Numbered from the stretch's first letter, positions 48,267 through 58,250 are shown. The stretch is 64,000 bases of DNA from Pirellulales bacterium (GCA_044238145.1 JBIIDT010000003.1:14155-78154), one strand, 5' to 3'. The notes: a model not told the origin generated them from the sequence alone. Numbers and translations: made by a program.

Positions 48267-48689
48267 CTAGTAGCGGTCGCCGCCACCACCGCCGTAGCCG
48301 CCACGGCCACCGCCGTAGCCGCCACCGCCGCCACCACCGTAGCCGCCGCGGCCACCACCGCCGCCGCCGCCGTAGCCACCGCGGCCGCCACCGCCGCCGC
48401 CACCGTAGCCACCGCCGCCACCACCGCCACCCGGACGGGGCGTGCGCTCGCGGGCCTCGTTGACCGTCAGGGCACGACCGTTGACTTCCTGGCCGTTGAG
48501 GGCCGCGATAGCAGCCTGCAGGCCTTCGTCGGTTTCCATTTCCACGAATCCGAAGCCGCGCGACCTGCCGGTCTCACGGTCGGAGATCACCTCGGCGCTG
48601 CGGACGGCGCCGTGCGGGGAGAACATCGCCTCGAGATCGGCGGACGTGGTGGACCAGGGGAGGTTCCCCACGTAAATCTTCCGGGCCAT
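48267..48689 (-). CDS. RRM-type RNA-binding protein with a Gly/Tyr/Arg-rich tail
   Basis: RNP2 is IYVGNL and RNP1 is RGFGFVEM. The tail is GGYGGGGGGGRGGYGGGGGGGRGGYGG...DRY. The start was set at the ATG at 48689. Confidence 0.9.
   Translation of the reverse strand: MARKIYVGNLPWSTTSADLEAMFSPHGAVRSAEVISDRETGRSRGFGFVEMETDEGLQAAIAALNGQEVNGRALTVNEARERTPRPGGGGGGGGYGGGGGGGRGGYGGGGGGGRGGYGGGGGGGYGGGRGGYGGGGGDRY
48279..48431 (-). repeat. Coding low-complexity tandem repeat (GGYGGGGGGGR units) within the RRM gene
   Basis: Repeated CCGCCACCGCCGTAGCC-type units are seen on the plus strand, and they translate to the Gly-rich tail. Confidence 0.8.
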
Positions 48690-48884
48690 AAGAATCAAAA
48701 CCTCAGGGACTCGGGAACTGGAACGTCAAAACGAAATCGACTCCATCGACCTTCGCCGGATGCACAAGCCACAGTTCCCGAACGGACTGGAGTGCGGACG
48801 AGAGTCAGTCGAACGTGCAAAGTTCTAGCATCTGCCGCCTACGGCCACAACACCGGGGGGGCGGCCCCAGGCCGGAAAGTGGCG

Positions 48885-48920
48885 AAAAACGAGCCAAAAC
48901 GACGGCCGCGGCCGCCCCCG
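48885..48920 (-). terminator. Candidate terminator downstream of glcF
   Basis: The minus strand reads GGGGGCGGCCGCGGCCGTCGTTTTGGCTCGTTTTTCGCC, which is GC-rich self-complementary GGCCGCGGCC followed by two T-runs. It is also flanked by a longer inverted repeat, CCGGGGGCGGCC/GGCCGCCCCCCCGG. Confidence 0.4.
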
Positions 48921-49007
48921 GCCCGCCGTGACCTGGCCCTCGGGTCGGTCGGCCCAAGGGGCGGGTCTCCGCCGGGGCCGAATGGGAGCGGGATCCGGCC
49001 CACGCGA

Positions 49008-50261
49008 TCAGGTATCGGCCCCGGCGTCGCGGAGCAGCTGCACGGTGTGCCGCACGGGGACGTCCGCGCCAAGCCGCGCGAGGTGCATCCGCAGCTGCGT
49101 CATGCAGCCGATGTTGCCGGTCACGGCGACGTCGGCACCGGTGGCGATGATCGCCCGGGCCTTCTCCGCCCCCAGCGCGGTCGCGATCTCCGGCTGGTCG
49201 AGGTTGTAGGTGCCGGCACTGCCGCAGCACAGGTGCGCATCGGCGACCTCGCGGAGTTCGAGGCCGGGGATCGCCCGCAGCAGGTCGCGCGGCTGCCGCC
49301 GGACGCCCTGGGCATTGGCGAGATGGCAGGCATCCTGGTAGGCGACCGTGAGCCGCGTCTCCCGCAGCGGTTCGCGGAGGCCGAGCGCGCCGAGGAACGC
49401 GGCCACGTCCACGACCCGCCCGCGAAACGCGTCGCCGCGGCCCTCGTCGGGAGTGCCCCGGAGCACGTGGTGATACTCGTGCATCGCGGAGCCGCAGCCG
49501 GCGGCCGTGGTCACGACCGCGTCCACGTCGGCGGGAAACGCGTCGAGGTTGCGCCGGGCGCAGGACTGCGCCGCCGCGAGGTCGCCGGTGTGCCAGGCGA
49601 GGCCGCCGCAGCAGCCCTGCCCGCGGGGCACGACCACCTCCACGCCCTCACGGGTGAGCACCGCGATCGTCGCCGTGGTGATGTCGGGCTCGAGCACCTG
49701 CTGGGCGCAGCCCGTGAGCAGCGCCACCCGCGCGCGTCGCGGGCCGCGCGGCGGATGGACCTCGGCCCACGTCTGCCGCGGCGGAAGCGCGGCAGGCAGG
49801 AGGTCGAGCATCGGTCGCAGCGGCGGCGGCACGAGCAGCCGGGCGAGCCGCGTGCCGCCGAACCGCACCGCGAGGCGGAACCGGGCAGGGTAGGGGAGCG
49901 TGCTGGCCGCGAGGAACCGCCGCAGCCGCTCCCACAGTCCGCGGCGGGCCTGCGGCGCCGCGACCGCCCGGAAGGGACTGATCAGGTCGCGGTAGGGCAC
50001 GCCGCTCGGGCAGGCTGGCTCGCACGCCAGGCAGCCGAGGCAGCGGTCGACGTGAGGCTGGGCGTCAACGAACGAGGCCTTGCCCTCGAGCACCTCCTTC
50101 ATGAGCACGATCCGCCCCCGGGGCGAATCCATCTCCTGCCCGAGTTCCTGGTAGGTCGGGCAGGCCGCGAGACAGAAGCCGCAGTGCACGCAGGCCGAGA
50201 CGGCGTCGGCCATCGGCCGGCCGAGCGGCCCGAAGCGGTCGGTGGGAATCTCGTGAAGCAT
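49008..50261 (-). CDS. glcF: Glycolate oxidase iron-sulfur subunit
   Basis: There are two ferredoxin-type clusters, CVHCGFCLAACPTY and CLGCLACEPACPSG, plus CCG-domain repeats (GCCGGL, LCCGSAG). The start was set at the ATG at 50261 (MLHEIP). Confidence 0.87.
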   Translation of the reverse strand: MLHEIPTDRFGPLGRPMADAVSACVHCGFCLAACPTYQELGQEMDSPRGRIVLMKEVLEGKASFVDAQPHVDRCLGCLACEPACPSGVPYRDLISPFRAVAAPQARRGLWERLRRFLAASTLPYPARFRLAVRFGGTRLARLLVPPPLRPMLDLLPAALPPRQTWAEVHPPRGPRRARVALLTGCAQQVLEPDITTATIAVLTREGVEVVVPRGQGCCGGLAWHTGDLAAAQSCARRNLDAFPADVDAVVTTAAGCGSAMHEYHHVLRGTPDEGRGDAFRGRVVDVAAFLGALGLREPLRETRLTVAYQDACHLANAQGVRRQPRDLLRAIPGLELREVADAHLCCGSAGTYNLDQPEIATALGAEKARAIIATGADVAVTGNIGCMTQLRMHLARLGADVPVRHTVQLLRDAGADT

Positions 50262-51205
50262 CAGTCGTCGAGTGTAGGGAAGCGGTGGTCCGGGTCGAGC
50301 GCCATCTTGACGGCCTCCTCGATCGCGTGCCGCGGCCGGCCGCCCGGCCACAGCGGCCCGGCGCCGCTGAGCGTGAGGCCGCGGGGGAGCGGCTCCGTCG
50401 CCAGCGCGAGCGTGCCGGCGCCGCTCACGTGCGCCGCGCGAAATGCCGGCAGCTCGGGGGGCGTGAGGTCGGCCTTGAACCGCCAGGGCGTGTCGCGGAC
50501 GCGGTCCCAGATGGCGCCGTCGACGTCGCGGCCGCCGACCTTGCGGGCCAGCGTCTCGATCGCCCGCCCCGGCCCCGCGAGCCGCACGAGCAGCGTCGCG
50601 CCGCCGGGGGGCACGTCGAGGGCATCGGGCGCCAGCCGCGAACGGGCGAGCCGGGCCAGCGTCTCGGCGGCGAACGGCAGCTCGCGGGTCAGCGTCGCCT
50701 CGGGCCGCGGAAAGACCTTGAACGTCACCTCGCCGATCACGCCGAAGCGGCCCAGGCTGCCGACGAGGAACTTCGGCACGTCGAACCCGGCGGCGTTCTT
50801 CACGACCTTGCCGCCGAGCCGCAGGAGCCGGCCCATCCCGTCGACGAACCGCACGCCGAGGATGAAGTCGCGGATGCCGCCGTAGCGGAACCGGCCGGGG
50901 CCGCTGATGCCGGCGGCCACGGCACCGCCGAGCGTGCCGCCCGCGGCGACGAACAGCGGGTCGAACGGGAGGTATTGGTTCCGCTCCGCCAGCGCGGCGA
51001 CGACGTCGGCCAGCGGCGTGCCGGCGAGCGCCGTGAACGTGAACTCCTCCGGCTCATACTCCACGATCCCGCGGAGGCCGCGGGTCGAGATCTTCACCGC
51101 CTCCACGGCCGAGAGCCGCGGCTTGGTCTCAGCGCCCACGGCGAGCACACGCGGGGCGCTGCGGACGGCGGCGACGAGCTCGGCGAGCGTGGCGGGGGCG
51201 ATCAT
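50261..51205 (-). CDS. glcE: Glycolate oxidase FAD-binding subunit
   Basis: It has a PCMH-type FAD-binding fold ([44 protein letters not shown]). It lies between glcD and glcF with 4-nt and 1-nt overlaps. Confidence 0.8.
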   Translation of the reverse strand: MIAPATLAELVAAVRSAPRVLAVGAETKPRLSAVEAVKISTRGLRGIVEYEPEEFTFTALAGTPLADVVAALAERNQYLPFDPLFVAAGGTLGGAVAAGISGPGRFRYGGIRDFILGVRFVDGMGRLLRLGGKVVKNAAGFDVPKFLVGSLGRFGVIGEVTFKVFPRPEATLTRELPFAAETLARLARSRLAPDALDVPPGGATLLVRLAGPGRAIETLARKVGGRDVDGAIWDRVRDTPWRFKADLTPPELPAFRAAHVSGAGTLALATEPLPRGLTLSGAGPLWPGGRPRHAIEEAVKMALDPDHRFPTLDD

Positions 51206-52659
51206 TCGCGCGAGATCACTCCCGCCCGCTCCAGCGGGTGCAGCCCGGCCCTGGACAGTGCCGCCGCGCCGGAGGGGAACATCTTGCCCGGGTTGGCGAT
51301 GCCGAGCGGGTCGAAGGCGGCCCGCAGCCGCTCCATGCAGTCGAGCTCGTCGGCGGAGAACATCGCGGGCATGTGGTCGCGCTTCTCGACGCCGATGCCG
51401 TGCTCGCCGGTCAGCGAGCCCCCCATCGCGACGCACATCTCGAGGATCCGCCCGGCGAGGGCCTCGGCCCGGTCGAGCCCGTCCGGTTCGCGTCCGTCGT
51501 AGAGAATCAACGGGTGGAGGTTGCCGTCGCCCGCGTGGAACACGTTCGCCACGCGGAGGCCCGCCGCCCGCGCCATCTCGTCGATCCGGCGCAGCGCCTC
51601 CCCGAGCCGGCGCCGGGGCACGACGCCGTCCTGCACGATGAAGTCGCGGGAGATCCGGCCAACGGCGCTGAAGGCGCTCTTGCGGCCCTTCCAGATCGCC
51701 GCCCGCTCGTCGGCGTCGCGGGCCGGCCGCACCGCCACGGGACCGCTCGCGGCGAGGATCGCATCGAGCTGCTCCCGCTCCACGGCCACCGTCTCCCGCG
51801 GACCCTCGAGTTCCACGATCAGCACCGCCTCGCAGCCGGCAGGGTAGTCGGCGTGCACCGCGGCCCGCGCCGCCTCGATCGCCAGCGCGTCCATGATCTC
51901 GAGGGCGCCGGGCAGCAGGCCCGCCGCGATCACCGCCGACACCGCGTCGCCCGCCTCCTCGAGCGTCCGATAACCGGCGAGCACGGTGTGGAAGCACTCG
52001 GCCGTGGGCAGGAGCTGGAGCGTGATCTCCAGCGCGATCCCGAACAGCCCCTCGTTGCCGGTGAACAGGCCGCACCAGTCGGGGCCGAGCCGCTCGCGGC
52101 TGCCGCCCCCCCACTCGACGACCTCGCCGGTGGCGAGCACGGCCTTGATGCCGAGCACGTGGTTGGAGGTCATGCCGTACTTCAGGCAGTGGGCCCCGCC
52201 GGAGTTGAAGGCGACGTTGCCGCCGATCGTGCACACGCTCTGCGACGAGGGGTCCGGCGCGTAGTACAGGCCGAACGGCGCCGCCGCCACCGTGACCTGC
52301 GTGTTGACCACGCCCGGCTCGACGACGGCGATCCGCTCGTCGGGGTCGAGGCGGAGGATGCGGTTGAGCCGATTGAGGGCGATCACGATCCCGTCGGCCA
52401 CCGGGAGCGAGCCGCCACACAGGCTCGTCCCGCTGCCGCGGGCTACGAACGGGATGGCGAGTTCGCGGCACAGGCGGACGACCGCCACCACCTCGTCCGC
52501 CGTCTCTGGCACGACGACCGCTAGCGGCCTGGCGTGGAACGCGGTCAACCCATCGCTCTCGTAGACGGCGAGTTCCGCCGGCCGCGTCAGCAGCCGGTCG
52601 GGCGGGAGCAGGGCGGCCAGGCGGTGGACGACGGCGGTGTTCGCTGGAGCAAGTGCCAT
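51202..52659 (-). CDS. glcD: Glycolate oxidase subunit GlcD (FAD-linked oxidase)
   Basis: [37 protein letters not shown] and GEHGIG are VAO/GlcD family blocks. Confidence 0.9.
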   Translation of the reverse strand: MALAPANTAVVHRLAALLPPDRLLTRPAELAVYESDGLTAFHARPLAVVVPETADEVVAVVRLCRELAIPFVARGSGTSLCGGSLPVADGIVIALNRLNRILRLDPDERIAVVEPGVVNTQVTVAAAPFGLYYAPDPSSQSVCTIGGNVAFNSGGAHCLKYGMTSNHVLGIKAVLATGEVVEWGGGSRERLGPDWCGLFTGNEGLFGIALEITLQLLPTAECFHTVLAGYRTLEEAGDAVSAVIAAGLLPGALEIMDALAIEAARAAVHADYPAGCEAVLIVELEGPRETVAVEREQLDAILAASGPVAVRPARDADERAAIWKGRKSAFSAVGRISRDFIVQDGVVPRRRLGEALRRIDEMARAAGLRVANVFHAGDGNLHPLILYDGREPDGLDRAEALAGRILEMCVAMGGSLTGEHGIGVEKRDHMPAMFSADELDCMERLRAAFDPLGIANPGKMFPSGAAALSRAGLHPLERAGVISRE

Positions 52660-52797
52660 AAATCAGTGATCCTCGCCAACAAGAACGGGAGGCGAAGGGG
52701 GTCGGCAAATGCTCGAGGAGCCTATGGCCGCCTCGGCCATCAGCGACGAGACCTTTGCCGCCCCCAAGCTGGCAATGCCGATGGGTCGCAAAGCCCT

Positions 52798-53916
52798 TTA
52801 GGAGGACCGCAACACCTCCCGCAGCGCCGCGAGCACGAGATCGACGTTCCGCACGGTGGCCCCGTGCCCCATGAGACCGATCCGCCAGGCCTTGCCCGCC
52901 ATCACGCCCAGCCCCGCGCCGATCTCGATACCGTACTCCTCGAGGAGGCGGCGGCGGACGGCCGCGTCGTCGGCGTGCTCCGGCTTATGGATGCAGTTGA
53001 GCGTGTGCAACGATCGCGACGGCACATAGCGGATGCCCAGCGCGTCGAGGCCGGAACGCAGCCGGCGGTGCATCGCCGCATGGCGGGCGATGCGGGCCTC
53101 GAGCCCCTCCTCGAGCACGATCGTGAGCGCCTCGTGGAGGGCGTAGGTCATGTTGATCGGGGCCGTGTGGTGGTAGACGCGGCCGCCGCCGCCCCCGCCG
53201 GTGTAGTACTTCCGCAGCATGGAGACGTCGAGGTACCAGGACTGGACCTTCGATTTCCGCGCGTCCATCGCAGCCAGCGCCCGGTCTCCGAAGCTCACCG
53301 GCGACAGGCCCGGCGGGCAACTGAGGCACTTCTGCGTGCCGCTGTAGATGGCGTCGATGCCCCATGCGTCCACCTTCACATCGTGGCCGCCGAGGCTGGT
53401 CACCGCATCGACGAGGAACAGCGACCCCTTCGCGTGGACGAGGTCGGCGATGCCCTCCAGCGGCTGGTGGGCGCCCGTGCTCGTCTCGGCATGCACGATG
53501 CCGAAGACCTTGGCCCGCGGATGCCGTTCGAGGGCGGCGGCGATCGCCTCGAGCGGGATCGTCTCGCCCCACGGGGCCTCGATGGCGTGCACCGTGGCCC
53601 CGCACCGCTCCATGACGTCCTTCATCCGGCCGCCGAACACGCCGTTGACGCACACGATCGCCTCGTCACCCGGCTCGACGAGGTTGACGGCGAGGCACTC
53701 CATGCCCGCCATGCCGGTGCCGCTGACGGGGAACGTGAGCGGGTTCCTGGTCTGGAACACCTGCCGCAGCATCTCGCAGGTCTCGTCCATGATGGCGAGG
53801 TACTGCGGGTCGAGGTGGCCGAGCGTGGGTGCGGCAAGGGCCCGCAGGACCCGCGCCGAGACGGGGCTGGGGCCGGGGCCGAGGAGGACGCGTTCGGCGG
53901 GAAAGACGGTGGTCAT
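52798..53916 (-). CDS. Class-V aminotransferase (serine/alanine-glyoxylate aminotransferase type)
   Basis: LLGPGPSPV is present, SGTQKCL holds the PLP lysine, and the tail is RIGLMGHGA. The start was set at the ATG at 53916; the 1124-aa track ORF is an extension artefact. Confidence 0.87.
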   Translation of the reverse strand: MTTVFPAERVLLGPGPSPVSARVLRALAAPTLGHLDPQYLAIMDETCEMLRQVFQTRNPLTFPVSGTGMAGMECLAVNLVEPGDEAIVCVNGVFGGRMKDVMERCGATVHAIEAPWGETIPLEAIAAALERHPRAKVFGIVHAETSTGAHQPLEGIADLVHAKGSLFLVDAVTSLGGHDVKVDAWGIDAIYSGTQKCLSCPPGLSPVSFGDRALAAMDARKSKVQSWYLDVSMLRKYYTGGGGGGRVYHHTAPINMTYALHEALTIVLEEGLEARIARHAAMHRRLRSGLDALGIRYVPSRSLHTLNCIHKPEHADDAAVRRRLLEEYGIEIGAGLGVMAGKAWRIGLMGHGATVRNVDLVLAALREVLRSS

Positions 53917-53992
53917 GGCGCGGGGCGGGCTCGCGGGGGCGTTCGTCCGCCGCCCATGATAGCGAGTCGGCCGGCTGTCGCGGGCCCGCCGG

Positions 53993-54139
53993 TCACCGGC
54001 TCTGGCAGGTGCTGCAGATTCTCGCCACCTGCTCGGCGGACCACTTCTGGCAGAGCACGCACTTGCTGCCGGCCTGCGAACTGCACGTGGAGCAGATCCG
54101 CGCGGCATGCTCCGGCTGACTCCAAAGTCTACGGGGCAT
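53993..54139 (-). CDS. Small Cys-rich protein (48 aa, three CxxC pairs); too short to appear in the ORF track
   Basis: The translation is [48 protein letters not shown]. Of the 48 codons, 41 end in G/C, and 35 of the last 37 do, whereas the overlapping track frame has poor third-position GC. ARICSTC occurs twice. The ATG overlaps the last 11 nt of the upstream FGE-domain gene. Confidence 0.6.
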   Translation of the reverse strand: MPRRLWSQPEHAARICSTCSSQAGSKCVLCQKWSAEQVARICSTCQSR

Positions 54140-56084
54140 CGCGACCGGCCCGCAACGCAGCGACGGTCCCGACCAGCCGGAAGCCCGCGTCGTTGGCCTG
54201 GCGGCTGGCGGCCACCTGCGTGAAGGTCGACTTCCGCAGCGTCACCGCACCGCCCGCCCAGAAGCCGCCGCGCAGGCCGCGGAACTGGCCCTTCGCACCG
54301 TCCAGGTCGTTCCACTGGTAGACGAGGCCGTTCTGGTCGAAGGTGCCGTAGTGGCTGCCGCTCGTGGCGAACGCCCCGACGTCGGTCAGGTAGTTCTGCG
54401 TGGGCGAGAACACGGCCGACTGGGTGACGCAGTAGATCGGGCCGACGAGATAGTTGGCGATCGGTCCGCCGGTGGAGACGGGGTCGTTCGACGGCGGCAC
54501 GTCCTGCTGCGTGGCGTAGAGATGGTAGCCCGGGACACCCCCCTTGTTCGGCGTGAAGTAGGCCGCCTTGTACCACTCGTTCTCCGTGGGAATGAAGAAG
54601 GTCGGCGCGGACCGCGTGTTGGGGTTGACCGCGTTGCGGGGCACGGCCTTGCGGCTGCTCGCCTGCCGCAGGTCGTAGGCGCCGTTCTCCGTCGTGCGGG
54701 CGTTCTGCCGGCCGGCGGGCTGGCCGTTGGCCATCCAGTTCGCGAACCGGGCCGCGTCGAACCAGCTCACGTAGGTGATCGGCCGGTTCGCCGCGGAGCC
54801 GGCGTTGTTCATCACGCTGTAGGAGCGGCGGCCGTTCCGGCCGACCCGCGTGATTCCGGCCACGGCCAGGTCGGTGGCCATCCGCGTGTCGTACAGGCCG
54901 TGGGTGTCGGTGCGGGCCACGGCGTTGAGGAAGGCCACGTACTGCCCGATCGTGACGTCGGTCCGCGCGATCGCATACTCGTAGGCGACGGCCCCGAAGC
55001 CGGTGGCCGCGTCCGCGGCGTTGCCCGCGTCGCCGACCGTGACGAGGTCGACCACGACCGCCGCCGCCTCGGCGGGCAGGGCCGCCAGCCGGAACCCGCC
55101 ATTGGAGCCGACGCCGGACGCCGCGACGCCGAGACGGTAGTCGGAGGCGAGGTAGGAGACGAACGAGGTCCACGCGCCACCGCGGAGGATCACGGTCTCG
55201 GTCGGCTCGCCCGTCGACTCGAGCAGCTCCCAGACGTTGCCGTTCTGGTCGAAGGTGCCGTAGGAACTCGGGCTCGCCCGCATCGCGCCCACGTTCGTCA
55301 GGTAGTTCTGCGCCGGCTCGATGAGCGGCTCCTGCGTGACCGTCATCGCGCCCGTCGCGAAGATGTAGTTCACCTGATTGGCCGCGTCGCCGATCACGTT
55401 GCCGGGGTCCGCGTCGCTGCGGGTGGCGTAGCGGTGGTAGCCGCCGCGGCCACCGCGGGCCGCCGGGTCGTAGTAGGCCGCCTTGTACCACTGGTTCTCC
55501 GACGGCAGGAAGAACGTGGGGGCCGCGCCGGTGTTGGGATTCACCGCGTTCCGCGGCGGCACCGTGCCGGGCACCGCGGCGAGGTCGTAGGCGCCGTTCT
55601 CGGTGGTGGCCGCGGTCTGGCTGCCGACGGGCTGGCCGTTCGCCATCCAGTTGGCGAACCGGGCCGCGTCGAACCAGTCGACGTAGGTGATCGGCCGGTC
55701 GGCGGGGCTCGTGGCCCCCGCCGGCGTGATGCCGAACGGCCCGATGACCGCGTAGGTGTAGCCGCCCGGGCTGCCGGAGCGGTCGATGCCGGCCGAGGTC
55801 CGGTCGTCTCCATTGTCCATGGCGGTGTGGTACAGGCCGGCCAGGTCGTCGGCGGCGACGGCGTTGAGGAACGCCGCGTATTCGCCGATCGTGACCTCGT
55901 ACTTGCCGATCCGATACGCCTCGTCGACGCGGCCGAAGCCGGTTTTCGGATCGGCGGCGTTGCGCGGGTCTTCCACGGGCACGAAGATCGGGTCGATCAC
56001 CGCGAGGGCGATCCGCGGCTCGAGCCGCTCGACCGCGGGCGGGCGGGGGCGGGACCGGCGGCGGGCGGAAGCGGGGCGCGGCAT
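54129..56084 (-). CDS. Tandem FGE-sulfatase (SUMF1/EgtB-like) domain protein with an LEPR-type N-terminus
   Basis: There are two homologous halves. Each has PITYV(D/S)[32 protein letters not shown] and a (L)RGG(A/F)W motif. The N-terminus is [29 protein letters not shown]. The start was set at 56084; the track ORF starts at 56165. Confidence 0.85.
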   Translation of the reverse strand: MPRPASARRRSRPRPPAVERLEPRIALAVIDPIFVPVEDPRNAADPKTGFGRVDEAYRIGKYEVTIGEYAAFLNAVAADDLAGLYHTAMDNGDDRTSAGIDRSGSPGGYTYAVIGPFGITPAGATSPADRPITYVDWFDAARFANWMANGQPVGSQTAATTENGAYDLAAVPGTVPPRNAVNPNTGAAPTFFLPSENQWYKAAYYDPAARGGRGGYHRYATRSDADPGNVIGDAANQVNYIFATGAMTVTQEPLIEPAQNYLTNVGAMRASPSSYGTFDQNGNVWELLESTGEPTETVILRGGAWTSFVSYLASDYRLGVAASGVGSNGGFRLAALPAEAAAVVVDLVTVGDAGNAADAATGFGAVAYEYAIARTDVTIGQYVAFLNAVARTDTHGLYDTRMATDLAVAGITRVGRNGRRSYSVMNNAGSAANRPITYVSWFDAARFANWMANGQPAGRQNARTTENGAYDLRQASSRKAVPRNAVNPNTRSAPTFFIPTENEWYKAAYFTPNKGGVPGYHLYATQQDVPPSNDPVSTGGPIANYLVGPIYCVTQSAVFSPTQNYLTDVGAFATSGSHYGTFDQNGLVYQWNDLDGAKGQFRGLRGGFWAGGAVTLRKSTFTQVAASRQANDAGFRLVGTVAALRAGRDAP

Positions 56085-56379
56085 GGGGTGGTCCAGCGAG
56101 AGGCGGGAACGTCCGCAAAGCGTAGCATCGGATGCCCGTCCGTTCCCGTTCGTGCCCATGGTCATGCGCCATGGGTGAAAAGCCCGGATTTGCGTGGCAG
56201 GCGATCGCCGCTACACTCGGGGGGTCGGTCGTTGACGACGCTCCTGGAAGCGTGCCGGATTTTCTTCCCGGCCCTGCTGCTTTTGGCTCGCCTTCACCTT
56301 CTGGCGGGCTGCCATTTCTCTGGCCCTTTCGCCGTGACCCCGAAAGTGAACCGGGTCATCCGTAGGAGTGTCTTGTTTC

Positions 56380-56667
56380 ATGGGTAAGAAGCTTTATGTC
56401 GGTAACCTCGCGTACAGCGTGACGAGCGAGGCGCTCGAGCAGATGTTTCTCGAGTTCGGCAGCGTCGTCAGCGCCCAGGTCATCCAGGACCGCGACACGG
56501 GCCGCAGCAAGGGGTTCGGCTTCGTGGAGATGCAGACCGACGAGGCCGCGCAGCAGGCCATCAACGCGATGCACGACAAGGATTGCGGTGGCCGGCCGCT
56601 CACCGTCAACGAGGCCAAGCCCCGGGAAGCCGGCGGCGGCAACCGCGGCGGCGGGCGAAGGTTCTAG
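56380..56667 (+). CDS. RRM-type RNA-binding protein (short form)
   Basis: RNP2 is LYVGNL and RNP1 is KGFGFVEM. AGGAG lies about 11 nt upstream of the ATG at 56380. Confidence 0.9.
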   Translation: MGKKLYVGNLAYSVTSEALEQMFLEFGSVVSAQVIQDRDTGRSKGFGFVEMQTDEAAQQAINAMHDKDCGGRPLTVNEAKPREAGGGNRGGGRRF

Positions 56668-56774
56668 CAGCCCGCGGAACAAGCCCGTCCCGGGCCTGTT
56701 CGCCCCTGATCGCCGCAGCGTGCGGCGGCAGACATCGTCCACCGTCTGCTGACCGCCCCTGCGGCCCCACCTGC

Positions 56775-58250
56775 ATGCCACCATCCCACCTGCCCGAAGC
56801 CGCAGGCGGCGGCCCATTCGCAGCGCTCGGCCTGTCACCGGACGTACTGCGGGCCGTCGACCAGCTCGGCTTCACCGGCATGTCGCCGATCCAGGCGGCC
56901 GCGATCCCCCTGCTGCTGGCGGGACACGACGTCGTCGGCCAGTCGGAGACCGGGTCGGGCAAGACCGCGGCCTTCTGCATTCCCGCGCTCGAACGCATCG
57001 ACCCACGCGAGCGGTCGACCCAGGTGCTGATCCTGGCGCCGACCCGGGAGCTGGCGATGCAGATCACGGCCGCGGCCCGCGCGCTCGGCAGCTTCATGAA
57101 GGCGCTGCGGTCGGTGACGATCTACGGCGGCGCCGCCTATGAGCGGCAGTTCGCCGAGCTGGAACGCGGCGCCCACCTCGTGGTGGGCACACCGGGGCGG
57201 CTCACCGACCACCTCGCCCGCGGCACGCTCGACCTGGCCGCGTTGCGGTTGCTGGTCCTCGACGAGGCGGACCGGATGCTCGACCTCGGCTTCCAGGAGG
57301 ACGTGGAGAAGCTGCTGGCGGCCGCCCCCGCCGCACGGCAGACGGCGTTCTTCTCGGCCACTTTCTCGCCCCCCGTCCAGGCCCTGGTCCGCCGGCACGC
57401 CCGCGACCCGCGGATCGTCGCCATCGACAAGCAGGCCGTCGCCGGCCGCCCCCTGGTCGACGAGTCCTATCTCGAGGTGCGGCATCATGAGAAGTTCGCC
57501 GCCGTCTGCCGGGTGATCGACTTTCACGACGTGCGCAGCGGCCTCATCTTCTGCAACACGCAGCGGATGGTAGAGGAGCTGGCCGACCAGCTGGCAGCCC
57601 GCGGCTGCGCCGCGGAACGGCTGCACGGCGGCATGGCCCAGCCGCAGCGGACCCGCGTCATGGAAAGCTTCAAGAAGGGGGCCTTCCGCTTCCTGGTGGC
57701 GACGGACGTCGCAGCCCGCGGCATCGACGTGCACGACCTCGAACTGGTGGTCAACTACGACCTGCCCCACGACGCGGAAGACTACGTGCACCGCATCGGC
57801 CGGACCGGGCGGGCCGGGCGGACCGGACGCGCGGTGACGCTCGTCTCCGGCGGCGGCATCCGCGTGCTGCGGGCGATCGAGCGGTTCACGGGCGCGCCGA
57901 TCCGCCGCGCGGCGGTGCCCACCGCGGAGATGGTCGCCCGCCGCCGCGTCGACGCGCTCGTGGAGGGCCTCGGCGAGACGCTCGCCGGCGGCCCGTTCCC
58001 GCACGCCGCGGGCATCGTCAACCGGCTCCTGGCCACAGGCCGACCGGCGGCGGATGTCGCGGCGGCGATCCTCCACCACTTCGCGCCGCCGCGGGCCGAC
58101 GACGACTTCCCCGACGCGTTCAACCCGCCCGGGCGGCCCGCTGCGCCGCGGCGGCCGCGACGGCCTCACGACCGCGGCCCCGGGGCCGGCCGGCCGGCGG
58201 CCGGGCCCCGAAAGATCGGCCCCCGGTCGAAAAAACGCCCGGGCCGCTGA
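56775..58250 (+). CDS. DEAD-box ATP-dependent RNA helicase with a basic C-terminal tail
   Basis: The Q-motif region is GFTGMSPIQ. The helicase motifs are SETGSGKT, PTRELA, VLDEADRML, SATF and HRIGRTGRAG. Confidence 0.93.
   Translation: MPPSHLPEAAGGGPFAALGLSPDVLRAVDQLGFTGMSPIQAAAIPLLLAGHDVVGQSETGSGKTAAFCIPALERIDPRERSTQVLILAPTRELAMQITAAARALGSFMKALRSVTIYGGAAYERQFAELERGAHLVVGTPGRLTDHLARGTLDLAALRLLVLDEADRMLDLGFQEDVEKLLAAAPAARQTAFFSATFSPPVQALVRRHARDPRIVAIDKQAVAGRPLVDESYLEVRHHEKFAAVCRVIDFHDVRSGLIFCNTQRMVEELADQLAARGCAAERLHGGMAQPQRTRVMESFKKGAFRFLVATDVAARGIDVHDLELVVNYDLPHDAEDYVHRIGRTGRAGRTGRAVTLVSGGGIRVLRAIERFTGAPIRRAAVPTAEMVARRRVDALVEGLGETLAGGPFPHAAGIVNRLLATGRPAADVAAAILHHFAPPRADDDFPDAFNPPGRPAAPRRPRRPHDRGPGAGRPAAGPRKIGPRSKKRPGR

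Noticed and set aside
48279-48431. A short-period DNA repeat that could be mistaken for a CRISPR-like or satellite array.
   Set aside because: It lies inside the RRM gene and encodes the GGYGGGGGGGR tail in frame. There are no spacers and no cas genes.
52660-52797. A 25-codon minus-strand ORF (MAEAAIGSSSICRPPSPPVLVGEDH) between the aminotransferase gene and glcD.
   Set aside because: Codon third-position GC is weak and there is no RBS. The ATGGCCG-AGG-CGGCCAT hairpin it spans is a more likely feature.
56085-56165. An N-terminal extension ([27 protein letters not shown]) of the FGE-domain protein from the track ORF start.
   Set aside because: The extension has poor third-position GC and no signal-like features. 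It overlaps sequence resembling a degenerate copy of the intergenic repeat. The ATG at 56084 gives the typical Arg-rich LEPR N-terminus.
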